From Sphaerodactylus townsendi (taxonomy: Eukaryota): DNA of 64,000 nt. Of this stretch, positions 11,769-23,691 are shown in pieces; position 1 is the stretch's first letter; each line of letters opens with the position of its first letter. The translations under genes and the position numbers were made by a program. The notes below the pieces were generated by a model, which worked only from the letters and a program-made list of their open reading frames with translations, was not told the origin of the DNA and made no database searches. The DNA lies in the NCBI RefSeq assembly GCF_021028975.2, contig NC_059426.1:143158001-143222000 (forward strand). Reading direction: 5' to 3'.

Positions 11769-12833
11769 TCTCCTGCAAGGGTATGTTAGATGTTCAAGCC
11801 AGCACTAGTTAAATCTGTCTTTGTGGAAAGAGAGGCTTTTAAAAAAGAGAAAAGAAATAACCGTTGGAGAGCTTATTATATGGATAGGCTCAGTTCATCT
11901 TTTGAAGAAATCTTGGTATTTTTCCATTGACAAACAATGTCCCCTCCCACACAGTGTTTTACTATGTACTGCAAATAAACCATTTGAGGAATTGTGGCTC
12001 ACAATTTTACTTATTTGTGGCTGGCTCATGTGATGGTTCTGTTCTGATTTTGCTCCTGCTGTGCCATCACCATAATTTTCCATCATTAGATTATGCAGGA
12101 AATGTGGTTGTTTTGCTACTTGGAGGCAGTGGTCTTCTGCCTCCCAATATTCATGTATTGTGTAGCTTGTTTTAAAAATTAAAAGTTAATTCATAGGTAA
12201 AAGCATATGAATTTAGTTTAGGACTGACGTTTTATATCAATAGTTATTAACCTTTATTCCACTATCACCCGCAAAGGATACCACAATTTTATCATATCCT
12301 CCTGCCCAATACACAAGTCAAAGAAACAGCACTCCAAACAATGCTACTTTTTATGTAGGCAGCCAATGCACGGATCTCAATGCACAAATCATACATTGAA
12401 TGAGACTCTTATGCTTGATGGCCACCAGTCAACTCGTTAATGTTAGTCTTGATTCCTGTTTGCTGTTTGGCCCTTTTTAAGGGTCTGGGAGAGAAATCTG
12501 AGCTTTATCCTCACGGTAGGGTGGGTAGTATAAAACATTCTTGGCTATCAGAAGCCATTGTAAGTGGGAAGAAGGAACTGCTTAAAATCATAAAAATCTT
12601 GTATCTCTACCCTCTATCCCCTAGAATCCATGTTTTGCATATTACTGATCTTGGAATACTTCATTTTTCCTTCTTTTCTGTATTGGCTCACAAGACAACT
12701 ATTTTGTAATTTTTATTTGGTTATTTGTATTATTATGCCCAAACAAACAGACAAACTGACACACACACACACACACTAGACTGGTTCTGGTGGGTTTTCC
12801 GGGCTGTGTGGCCGTGGTCTGGTGGATCTTGTT

Positions 12834-12874
12834 CCTAACGTTTCGCCTTCATCTGTGGCTGGCATCTTCAGTGG
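12834..12874 (-). ncRNA. Minimal hammerhead ribozyme motif, antisense copy
   Basis: Reverse complement CCA-CTGAAGA-T-GCCAGCCACAGATGAAGGC-GAAAC-GTT-AGG; cores intact, one stem I mismatch and one stem II change relative to the + copy. Confidence 0.65.
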
Positions 12875-12990
12875 TGTATCACAGAGGGAAGTCTATTACA
12901 CGCTGTGTCCAGAGAGAAGGAAATGTTTGGGGTATATATATATTCCTTCTCTCTGGACACAGTGTGTAACAGACTTCTCTCTGTGATACA

Positions 12991-13031
12991 CCTCTGAAGA
13001 TGCCAGCCACAGATGCAGGCGAAACGTTAGG
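12991..13031 (+). ncRNA. Minimal type I hammerhead ribozyme motif (Penelope-associated)
   Basis: CCT-CTGAAGA-T-GCCAGC cacagat GCAGGC-GAAAC-GTT-AGG: CUGANGA and GAAA cores, stem I CCU/AGG, stem II GCC..GGC, palindromic minimal stem III AACGUU; predicted cleavage after 13028. Confidence 0.75.
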
Positions 13032-14419
13032 AACAAGATCCACCAGACCACGGCCACACAGCCCGGAAAACCCACCAGAACCAGTTGAATCCGGCTGTGA
13101 AAGCCTTCGACAATACATTAAACACTAGACTGATGGAAATTTGCAGTGATTCCTATAAATTGAATTATTTTTAATATTGAAAGAATAATGATTTCAAACA
13201 ACGCAATCTTTTAATTTTTTTTATTTTTTAACAAGGCAATCTTAAACCAGTTCTCCATCTTCCCAGTCACCATGCTTAGCCACCAAGATAGTGTTTGCCA
13301 AGCAGTTGATGGCGAACACCTGAAACTCTGTATCTGGAAGATAAGATCACACCAATGTTTAGTGAATTGTCTTGTTTCCACCTTCCCCCCCCCACAAGCT
13401 GCAGCAGTCAGCTCTTTCACGCCTGTGGACTGCACCTATATTCTCTATCCAATCAGTTCTGCACTGCAGAGAAATAATCCAGTTTTCTTTGATTATTAAT
13501 AATTACTCCCTGCTGCTATTTTTTGAGTCTATTGTTTAAAATAAACTATGATCTGACAGGATAGCCTGCACCTTGTAATTTCACACCTTCCCACTGTGTA
13601 ACACATATCTGGTTTAATATTTTTTTGGTGGGGGAGAGCTGTCTCTATCCATGAAAAGGAGAAGAGGTATAACTGGGGCTTGTTCTGCGGAAGGACAAAT
13701 TCCCCAAACCAGGAACTAAAACAGTACAGAATTTATTTCCCTGATCACTGTAACCGACTTCACTGATCCAGGATAAGGAAGTAATCTAATGAAATGAGTA
13801 CAAGATAGTCATGTGTGCTGGTACCTCTCTTTCGAAATTAGCCATCAAATAAGCTACAGTGTGGAATTTCTCAGAACATTTGAACAAAATCCACCAGTTT
13901 TAAATCTTGTTTTTTGATTAACATGCCAAACTTATCCAGATGTTCTTCTTTTCCTGAAAGGGGACTAAAACATAGCTAAACATCCTGTGGTAAAATGGGG
14001 CCCTGCAGGCATCTTCATTCAGTCAGTAGGATGAGTAATTTACTTAGCTGGCCAATGGCCATGGATCTCAATTATTAGTAATTGATTGGGAATTCAGCCC
14101 TCCAGCCTTATTCCACCTACTCTCCCCCCACCCCCCTGTAATCTTCCTTTTTCTGTCACCAGAAGCTTGTGCAAATATTCCATTTTAGTCCTTCTGAAAA
14201 TGAAACTGCCTCTTTGAAAGTTCTTTTTCATTCCAGTTTTTCCAGAGTGCAGTGGAAGGAGTCTAGTCTGTTTTACTACATCAAACCAGGCAGGTGTCCC
14301 CCCACCCCTTCCTTTGGTACCTTGGTAAGTATGTCCCCAATTTAGGCTTTTATGTGGCAAAGAATAACCAAGATACGATATCAGTTGCATAAACAGGAAA
14401 AAATTGCTTGTAAATTGAA

Positions 14420-14985
14420 GATAGGTTCAGAGAGTAGCTATGTTGGTCTGCAATTGAAGAGCTCGGTTTGAATCCACCTTAGAGACCATCAAGATTTTCG
14501 AGGTCTAAACTTTTTGAGAATCAAAGCTCCGTTCAGATTTCTAAAGTGGGATTGAAGCATATGTAGTTAAACAAAGTATAAATAAAAATAAGTTGTAAAT
14601 GTAGTTTTCTTTTACTAAAACTAAAAACTTGTCCCTTGGTTTGTAGATAAGAAAGGTGCAACATCAGTGAAATTTGGTAGTTTTAAGGTTTCAATCCTGA
14701 TTAGGGGGCAAGTCATCTCTAAAAGTCATGTTTCCTTCAGCAAACGCATGTGGACTCTTCTCAGTCAGCTAGTGAAGAGGAAAGCTTCCCAGAAATTCTC
14801 AAAGAGCAGTAAAATTTTCTAGGGCAGAGGGTTTTGTGAGTCAGTTGACTTAAAATATTTCATCTGACAAATAAGATCATGAAAACTTATACACTCTGGA
14901 AAATTGTGTTTGTCTTGAAGATGCTACTGGGATCTAATGTTGTTCTCCTACTGCGAACTAACACTGCCAGTCATCTGAAACTGTC
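14420..14985. mobile_element. Degenerate Neptune-type pLTR remnants (about 14420-14545 minus; about 14810-14985 inverted pair)
   Basis: gtagctatgttggtctg...cttagagaccatcaagatttt and tgtcttgaagatgctactgg...actaacactgccagtcatctgaaact resemble the pLTR tail at 11670-11768. Confidence 0.55.
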
Positions 14986-16005
14986 TTCCCAAACAAAGAA
15001 ATTCCTCTTTTCTTCATCCTGGAATACTACCTCTCCTTTAACTGAATGTGATTGTAAATGGCGTTGAGAATCCTTCAAGCAGGGTATGAAAAAAAGCAGG
15101 GTAGGAAAACCTGGTCTTCTTTTTCTTCTATAGAATTGGATCTAGACTTAGTTTTCCATTAATGTAAGGCACTTCTGTCATTGAAAGTAGAACATAACTT
15201 TCCTGCCTTTCCCTTTCTCACTGCAGCCAACTGACCCTCAGAAATGGCGTGACGGGCAAATCAGGAGACAGCAACAGGAAATGTGGAATTGGCAGAAATA
15301 ACACATTCACTTCTGTTGGTGGAAAACTTAATTTGGATCCAGCCCTTAGTTTCCCATAGTTTTTACTTTCTAGTTTAACTGGTTTTGACTAGTGCTTCAG
15401 TTTTTTTAGTCCAGTTCATTCATTTATGTATAAAATGAAAATTTTCTGGCCAAGTGATTGCCAGTGTGGTATCCTTGTATACTATCAATGCCCATCAATT
15501 TGTTTGCTGGCACCAATTTCCTTCTCCTCCAAGCCATTTCTTCTCTGGTGGTAGCTTTCCTCTGCCTCTTTGGAGCAGGAGATGCCCAAGAAAATCCACA
15601 TTTATTTGCAGGAAGGACTCATTAAAAGACAGCTGACTCTATCATGGGAGGATGTTTGGCTCAGAACAATCCAACATTTGTGATTAGCTCCAAGGTAGCC
15701 ATTTTGTGATGACACGTGCAACTGTTTTCAAAATTCCAAGCGTACCCACAGGTTCAACAGAGCTGGAGATCCTTGTTCTGGTCAGTCTAATTCTAGCTGA
15801 ATATTCACCTTGGGAACTTGTATTTATATATTTTATACTGTCTTGGAAGAGAGAGTTTTGAACAGTGTTAAAGGTATCCTGTCTTTTCTTTTAAATAAGT
15901 TACTTGTAAGGTGGGCTGTTTCTGCACCATGCATGCTTTGCTGGGACTAGTACCATTCTGTCTGCTGGCATTTGTCTCAGTGGAATATTTAATTGTATTT
16001 TCTTC

Positions 16006-16178
16006 TAGCTCTGACCTGGATAGTCCAGGCTAACCTGACTTTGGAAGCTAAGGAGGGTTGAGCCTGGTTAGTATTTGGATAGGAGACTACCAGAGAATAT
16101 CACGGTTTGCTCATCAAAGCCAGGCAGTGACAAACCACCTCTGAAAGGCTCTTGCTTTGAGAACCCTGTGAGGTCATC
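16006..16178 (+). mobile_element. 5S rRNA-derived SINE with Sauria-type 3' part (runs into a gap)
   Basis: ggaagctaaggagggttgagcctggttagtatttggataggagact resembles the 5S A/C-box region, followed by caaaccacctctg...tcttgctttgagaaccc. Confidence 0.75.
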
Positions 16179-16401
16179 NNNNNNNNNNNNNNNNNNNNNN
16201 NNNNNNNNNNNNNNNNNNNNNNNNNNNNNNNNNNNNNNNNNNNNNNNNNNNNNNNNNNNNNNNNNNNNNNNNNNNNNNNNNNNNNNNNNNNNNNNNNNNN
16301 NNNNNNNNNNNNNNNNNNNNNNNNNNNNNNNNNNNNNNNNNNNNNNNNNNNNNNNNNNNNNNNNNNNNNNNNNNNNNNNNNNNNNNNNNNNNNNNNNNNN
16401 N
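16179..16401. other. Assembly gap (N run)
   Basis: Run of N directly after a SINE. Confidence 1.
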
Positions 16402-17401
16402 TGTCCTGGATCATCCTTCAACCTGTGAGCTGTCCTGGAAGGATCCTTTCTTTGCAGTCTTGTCAGAGTTTGCTGTAATGATTGAACTGCCAGTTTGCTT
16501 TGAATGTTTACATAGCGAGATTGCCTGATAAATCTTTCTGCACTGCCCTGAAATCCTATCCCATATTCTGTGACTCTGCAGGGGTAGAGGAACTTTAACA
16601 CGTTAGCACATTTGCCAGAAACGTAAACAACTCAGCAAAATTATGAACACAAATAAAGGAAAAAAGTTAGCACTAGCAGAACAAAATGTTTGCACAGGAT
16701 TAGTGCTGGGTCAGGACCAAGCACCAGTTGTTCTCAAAGTTGACTTTAAGTAATACTCTGGTTTTTGGAGCTGGTCCTTGTATGGGCCAATTCAGGCCTA
16801 GCAGTTGTTTTGTAACCTTACGGCTAATTACTGCCACCCATAAGTTGGGGGGACCATTACTGCCATATGTGAGCTTCAACTGATGCAGAAAATATTGATG
16901 TTCTTGTGTTTGACTGGCTTCCTCTGATCTTTCAGGTACAATTAAAAATGTTTCATAAAAACTGCGGAATAATTTAGGCCTTATATCTTGTATTCCATTG
17001 TGATCTTATAGAGTCACCCTCTTTATAGTTTGTAGACCATGCTATCTCACAAGAGCAACCACGCAAGTCTGGGGACTAACCAGTGCCTTAGCCTGAAAAT
17101 TTCTGTTTAGTATGAATGCTGTATGTTAATTTGGGATGTTTTAAAATGGCTGAAGGTCAGCAGGTACTGATTATAATTCTGATACTGTGTTGTAGTGTGG
17201 GGTTTATCAAACTTTTAATGTTAGCACTATAGCTCTTAGGAGGGGCAAGGGTAGAAGCATGCCATACAAACCCTTTTCCATACAACTATTGTAAAGTCAA
17301 TGCATCTACTTACGTTATGTTAGTGAATTCAAGCATCCATCTTTCTTCTTTTAGTGAGTCCAATTATATAGTATGGGCATCACCCTAGCAATATCCTAGC
17401 C

Positions 17402-17460
17402 CAGGGGTGTCCTACTCTGGTGTTTCAGATGTTCATGGACTACAATTCCCATAGCCCCTG
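17402..17460. mobile_element. Half copy of the palindromic hAT MITE family
   Basis: caggggtgtcc...cagatgttcatggactacaattcccatagcccctg. Confidence 0.75.
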
Positions 17461-17615
17461 GGCTAGGCAGTGGCCTTAGAAGGGTATGACTCTGCACTAT
17501 AAACCACTGCCTTTGAATGGTTTAGGATGGTACCTAAGCACAGCATCAGAGTATCTGAAAATACACCAGTGGCAAGCCATATTATGACCATGCTAGGGCA
17601 GCTTAACTGCGACAT

Positions 17616-18341
17616 TAAGAACATAAGAAAGAGCCTGCTGGATCAGACCAGAGTCCATCTAGTCCAGCAGTCTGCTACTCGCAGTGGCCCACCAGGTGCC
17701 TTTGGGAGCTCACATGCAGGATGTGAAAGCAATGGCCTTCTGCTGCTGCTGCTCCTGAGCACCTGGTCTGCTAAGGCATTTGCAATCTGAGATCAAGGAG
17801 GATCGAGATTGGTAGCCATAAATCGACTTCTCCTCCATAAATCTGTCCAAGCCCTTTTTAAAGCTATCCAGGTTAGTGGCCATCACCAGCTCCTGTGGCA
17901 GCATATTCCAAACACCAATCACACGTTGCGTGAAGAAGTGTTTCCTTTTATTAGTCCTAATTCTTCCCCCCAGCATTTTCAATGAATGCTCCCTGGTTCT
18001 AGTATTGTGAGAAAGAGAGAAAAAATTCTCTCTGTCAACATTTTCTACCCCATGCATAATTTCATAGACTTCAATCATATCCCCCCTCAGACGTCTCCTC
18101 TCCAAACTAAAGAGCCCCAAACGCTGCAGCGTCTCCTCATAAGGAAGGTGCTCCAATCCTTCAATCATCCTTGTTGCCTTTCTCTGCACTTTTTCTATCT
18201 CTTCGATATTCTTTTTGAGATGTGGCAACCAGAACACAGTACTCCAAGTGCGGTCGCACCACTGCTTTATATAAGGGCATGACAATCCTTGCAGTTTTAT
18301 TATCAACTCCTTTCTTAATTATCCCCAGCATAGAGTTTGCA
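17616..18341 (-). mobile_element. CR1 LINE, 5'-truncated (ORF2 C-terminus plus 3' UTR)
   Basis: Minus-strand ANSMLGIIKKG..PLYKAVVRPHLEYC and [58 protein letters not shown]; tail taagaacataagaa. Confidence 0.95.
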
Positions 18342-18619
18342 ATTGGCATAGAAATGAATAGTTTCAAGAGTGTGTTGGGGTTAGATTAGGGCTTAGCTGC
18401 TAAAACTGTCCTTCCTGCTTTGGCTTACCAGCTCTCTTGCTGTGGTGGGATATCTCCTGGTCCTAGTCCCCATTTCCTGTTGTTGCCCAGTGTAGCAGCA
18501 GGAGAAAAACGGTGTGTGTTTTGTGTGCTGTCAGGGCCGCGCTGTGATGTCACTTCTGATTTCACCACAACACTCTAGCAACGCCCAAAATCTCTATGAT
18601 AAAAGTCTTGCTTCACCAG

Positions 18620-18712
18620 GGTAGACATTATGTACTTGGATTTCCAAAATGCTTTTGACATGGTCACTCACAAAAAACTTCTGATTAAATTTAACTGTCA
18701 TAGGATAGAAGG
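18620..18712 (+). mobile_element. CR1 RT fragment
   Basis: VDIMYLDFQNAFDMVTHKKLLIK matches the CR1 RT motif YLDFxKAFDxVxH. Confidence 0.75.
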
Positions 18713-19503
18713 ACCAAAGAACATTTTTTGCATGGGGTTGGGGGAGAGTGTCCTTAAATCTCAGGCGCTCTGCACATGCTTAGCAGAAAATGGCATTCTG
18801 CACATGCTCAGAATGTTCCACTTGTTAATCCTGCCATGGCTACATCAATCAGGGGCAAGGGTGTGCTCCTAGAAAATCCTACACAAGCGTGAACTGGCCA
18901 AGGAGTCCTTCATTTCTTATGGGGGGAGAAGAGCAAGAGCAAAGGCAACCAGCCTGGCTACTCACCAGAAGAAGAGCCGAGATCAGAAATTCACCTGGCC
19001 AAGCAGGTTGGGCTTGTCATTTCGAGCTGGCAGTGCCTTCGTTGTCTGCTGCTGCTGCTGCCGCCACCGAGACAGGGCAGAAGTCCCAACAGGCATGCGG
19101 TGTTCCCAGCCTGTGACAAGCTGGGCTTTTGCTGGGGGAAGTGGCTCCTCCTCTGCACCGTGCCGTTTCCAGTAACCCGACGCCCATCAGCTGACTCACT
19201 TGTTGTAGTGTGGGGGACGATTCCCTCCCCCCAGGTGACTAAATGGCCTTCATCTGGAGACATGTGACCCCACATGTTCCCATGGGTGGTACACCACTGC
19301 TGACACCTTGTCTGACAGCGAGGGGACATTCTACGGATTTGAGAGTGAAAGCTGCTTTCTGCACCCCACTCTTGACCAGTAGCAAAGAGACGTTCCTAGG
19401 CTTGGGACTATGTTGATTTGTTGAACAAAGATTGTGGACTATTGCTATACTCATCTGGACTTCTTGGCTTCCCAGCAACCAGCCCATGATAGGTGTCCCA
19501 GGA

Positions 19504-19639
19504 AGGCACTCCACACAGCCTTTTCCCCAAGACCTCTTTAAGATGCCTTATTTCTGCTTAAGACATCTTTTTAAAAAACAAAAAAAACCCCACTACAAAG
19601 TGCACCTTTCCCCCCTAAGATGCCTGCAAGACGTCCCCT
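19504..19639. mobile_element. Palindromic MITE, possibly PIF/Harbinger-like
   Basis: gcactccacacagcc...ggctgtgtggaatgc inverted termini with repeated aagaYRYc motifs; related sequence at about 20330-20460. Confidence 0.5.
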
Positions 19640-19982
19640 GCCTGGCTGTGTGGAATGCAGAGCTCAGGAGGCACCTTATTTTTCCCTCATGACCATTTTG
19701 CTCTCTGGTCACTTTCACCTTCAGCTTGCACCCAACATTTTGTCTGCAGCAATATATAGTTTTTCTTTTTTATTTTCAAGGAGCTGTCTTTGTAGATACA
19801 CAGAAGAAAATCTTGGCCTCTTGGAAGATGGGTCTGTTGCCCATTGAGAAGCATTGAGTTGACCTGCCCTCCATGGACTGACTAAATTCTTTTTGTTACT
19901 GCACAGAATAATTAAGTCAGTCTGAGAAGGGCAGGTCGACCCAATGCTTTTCAATGAGCAGCAGATGCATCTTCCAAGCGGC

Positions 19983-20060
19983 TAAGATTCTCTTATGTGT
20001 TTCTGCGTAGTTATGAAGACATAAGATTCTCTTATGTGTTTCTGCGTAGTTACGAAGACA
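19983..20060. repeat. 39-bp tandem duplication
   Basis: taagattctcttatgtgtttctgcgtagttaYgaagaca twice, one mismatch. Confidence 0.95.
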
Positions 20061-20499
20061 GCTCCCCGAAAATTAAAAAAAAATAGGAAAACTGTATATT
20101 GCGAGAATCAGCAGGTTGAACTGATTACAACTATGTACTTTTTGGGTTGAAAAGGTACCCAGGATCAGAGCGTGCAGAGCAAACGTCCTGGGGGAACCTT
20201 CAGCAAATGGTGGCAGGGAGAATTCCTTCAGCTGCCCGCAAAATGTCGGGCACAAACTGAGGGTGAAAATGACCAGAGAGCAAAATGGTCTGGTGGGAGA
20301 AAGCCCCCCCTCCATGCCTTAGCTATCTGGAAAGCACCCAGAAGTCGCCTCTTTTTTAGGACATCTCCTAGATGTCTTATTTTGGGTGCGTGGAGTGAAA
20401 AGAAATAGTTGCCACTTTTTAAGACGTCCCACAGATGTCTTTTATGTGCTGTGCAGAATGGACCATGGATAGGCTGATGGAAATGCTGACTTGGTGTAA

Positions 20500-20615
20500 G
20501 CAGAAAAAAGGCTGGGGATTATGGGGAATGGAGCTAAAAATAAAATAGCCAATATTGTGATACCCTTGTGTAGATCTATGGTGTGGCCACATTTGGGAAA
20601 AAATGCAGAGCTGTG
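20500..20615 (+). mobile_element. Degenerate CR1 ORF2 fragment
   Basis: LGIMGNGAKNKIANIVIPLCRSMVWPHL resembles CR1 LGIIxKGxxNKxxxIxxPLYKSMVRPHLE. Confidence 0.65.
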
Positions 20616-21491
20616 TAGGGTCATATCTCTGTGACCTCCTACTAGGCATTCATAGCATACACATGGGGCACACATAAGAGCAAATGAGGGAACATTTGTT
20701 TGCATAGCCTCTACTCTGCTCAGATCCTTTACACAGGTATCCCCCCTCAGGTCACAACCATCCAAGGAGAGCCTCCAGTGGGTGAAGCAGTGAGTGCAAC
20801 TGACACAGGTGTGCAGAGGGAACCCTGCCCCAAGCTGAGCCTTCTGAAGCTGATTTGTCATCCCCCCCCCAACCCAGCAGCCCCTCCTCCTTTACAGTTG
20901 TTACCAGTAAGTATGTACTGTACAGAAAGGGGTGTCTCTTCGTGGATATGCAAGCAGCATTGCACTGGGTTGGCATGATAATATTATATTATTGTAACCT
21001 GCTATGCAAGTAGGGGATAAAGGGAACAAAACAAGCCTGGCTAACTTCCAACTGATCTACACTATAACGTGCTGCTACTGGATATACATTGACAATACCT
21101 GTTTGCAGGATCAGAGCTCTGTGGAGTAGCCCCTGTTGACAGCACAGATACTGTTTTGATGCAGCTCCCTGCAAATGATGGGGAAGTACTGCACTATGTC
21201 CCCCAAGAGTTGCATCCCACCACATGGGAATCACTCAGGGTGGAGGATTGTGGGGAGGATCTTCAAGAGCTCCATGTGCTGAACTGCTCTGTGCTGATAC
21301 TGTGAAACTCAATAATGCCATGTGTTTCTCTGGACTTCAACAAGAACAGCCTCCAACAGGAATAGAGGCCAGGACGAACTTTATCCACAACACAGCACCA
21401 ATCATCAGCTGAGCCTGTTAACGCATCCAATTATTCCTATGATTGTGTAGCTTTGTGTCCTCGTGTTGCTGACTTATTGTTTGGAGAGAGT

Positions 21492-21768
21492 GAGTTTTAG
21501 ATTTATATCCCCCCTTTCTCTCCTGTAAGGAGACTCAAAGGGGTTTACAATCTTCTCCCCCCCCCCAAACATCCTTTGAGGTGGGGCTGAGAGAGCTCCG
21601 AAGAACAGTGACTAACCTGTAGTCATCCAGCTGGCGAGTGTTGGAGTGCACAAGCTAATCTAGTTCACCAAATAAGCCTCCACAGCGCAAGTGGCAGAGC
21701 AGGGAATCAAACCCGGTTCTCCAGATTAGAGTGCATCTATTCTTAACTACTACACCACACTGGCTCTC
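21492..21768 (-). mobile_element. Squam3-like tRNA/CORE SINE
   Basis: Reverse complement of the family at 63379-63684 (ctaatctggagaaccgggtttgattccc...gagtctccttacaggagagaaagggggg). Confidence 0.9.
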
Positions 21769-22093
21769 CCCTGCCTTGCATCCCCCCTGCCTGGCAAAAA
21801 ACACAAGTACCTGGACCCTTGTATAGGAGGAGGCCTTGGACATTGTCTCTGCCAAGTGAGCTAAAGGAACATATGGGTAATGTAATTGGTGTGGTCATGT
21901 TTCCTTCCGCATGTATGCACCCTGTAAAAGGGAACATGTTTGCAAGGGGGGCTCAAATCTACTTCTTTATAGTCTGCATTCATTCCACGTTTCTTGCTGT
22001 TTACAACCCTGTTCTGCTTACAGTGAAGGGTGCTGCATTTCCTTTGTTACTCCCTTGTTCTCCTCTGCATGTGGGTGGCATCAGGCTGCCCCG

Positions 22094-22094
<1 letters not shown>

Positions 22095-22128
<34 letters not shown>
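22095..22128. repeat. (GT)n microsatellite
   Basis: Visible dinucleotide run. Confidence 0.95.
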
Positions 22129-22131
<3 letters not shown>

Positions 22132-22975
22132 CTGCACTGTTTTATCATGCACCAGTTGGTTGCTTTTATTACTGCCTGTCAAGGGGGTGTTGTTGGTGCA
22201 CCATGCTGTGATTGGTGAGTTGCACTGGGATTACTATGAACTTTGATGTAATTGTTATGGTCTCTGCACCTTAGCATGAGGTCTTTAATTTATTTCTATC
22301 AACTCTGTGGAGCCGGTGTTGGATACCAGCTAGAGGTGCTAGTACTGCACCAGGATTAGCAGCGTGCTGGCATCAGGGAGTTTGGATGAAGCTGTGTGTC
22401 GGTATACTTCAAGTGCTATGTAAAAGATTATGATTATGTGATCACAATAATTTTGAGGGTTCTAAATAGACCTGCCTTAAGTAGTGAGTTTGGTGGTGTG
22501 TGCAGGAGTTAACCTAGCTGATGGTATCATGTTCACAAGAAAATGGGGAAGAGATTTCAGTCGATCTCACATCAAAGAGGGTAAAATATCCAGGTCGATA
22601 TTTGCCAGTCAATATGAGGCCAGGGTTTCTGAGCAGACATCAGAAGAACAATTATTGTGTAGCACAAGGCCAGTGTAAAATGTCCAGTGCCTCTCTGTGA
22701 AAGATCAGAACTCTGCTTTCAAAAAGCAGCCTTGTTTTTAACCTCTTGGCTACCTTTTGTTCAACACTAGCAAAACACCTCTTATAGTACTGAGCAATGC
22801 GTGAGCACAAGGATCCGTTCAGTATTTCAAGGGAATTCCTGTCAGTGAGAGCCCGACCACCTAATAACAGGAGTGGGAGATTTGCCCTCACCGAAGCAGA
22901 ATTTCCAAGGACAGCACTTGGGACAGGACCTAACAGACTGAATGAGCCTTTCCCGATGCTCAGGAACTGTTACTT

Positions 22976-23074
22976 CATCAGCCCCTACCAGCATGGCCAA
23001 TTGGCCATGCTGGTAGGGGCTGATGGGAATTGTAGTTCCTGAACATCTGGAGAGCCGCAGGTTCCCTACCCCTG
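22976..23074. mobile_element. Partial palindromic hAT MITE
   Basis: catcagcccctaccagcatggccaattggccatgctggtaggggctgatg...gaacatctgg...cccctg. Confidence 0.8.
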
Positions 23075-23691
23075 GTCTAGCCTTTGGGATGGAGGCTGAA
23101 CATTTTCACTACAGACGGTAATGTCAGTAGTAGAACCCTCTCTTATTTGCACAGACCCATCCTGAGTGCTATTTCTTAGACCTGCAGAGTAAGGCAGAAT
23201 TTGGGGTGCTAGCTTCTTCCTTTGAAAAAATTAGATAAGTTCATGTTTTTTTTAAAAAAAAAGCTGTACAGAATTTCACGTAAGTTAAGGTTACAGTGTA
23301 CAATGCACTCAGGAATTCCTGAGAATCCTGTATAGCGCAGTTGCTCGTCTTAAGGTCATTGAGAAGGAGTTTGAATTATCTGGAGCAGGGTAGAACTTCC
23401 AAATTGTCAGATTTTGCACACGACACATTTGCAAGATATAAACCGAAAGTGCTGGAGAAGTTAGAACAGCATAAAATTCAGGTGCAAGCTGTCCAGGATG
23501 GATGAGTCTAAAGGTGCAGCTACTATGGAAACCTAGGAAGGCAGAGGTGTGGTCAGTATTATCTTGTAAGATGTGTAATGGGCACATGGCGATAAGGAGA
23601 TGATAAGGATACTAGAAGAAAAATGAGATTATGTGTAGGGTACATGTTATCAATGTGATTCCATGGTGTAAGAAATACAATACAAATTTTT

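Larger units (their letters stand above)
12780..13120. mobile_element. Palindromic non-autonomous Penelope-like element (inverted pLTR pair)
   Basis: 143-bp inverted arms 12780-12922 / 12943-13085 (5 mismatches) plus tail ...gaaagccttcgacaatacat; 11-bp TSD acactagactg (12773-12783 / 13122-13132). Confidence 0.88.

Noticed and set aside
16030-16095. 5S rRNA-like sequence (also near 45460)
   Set aside because: Partial, diverged and fused to SINE tails; not an rRNA gene.
17710-18306. 198-aa ORF (and the 144-aa ORF at 54857-55291) as host genes
   Set aside because: Both are CR1 ORF2 C-terminal remnants.
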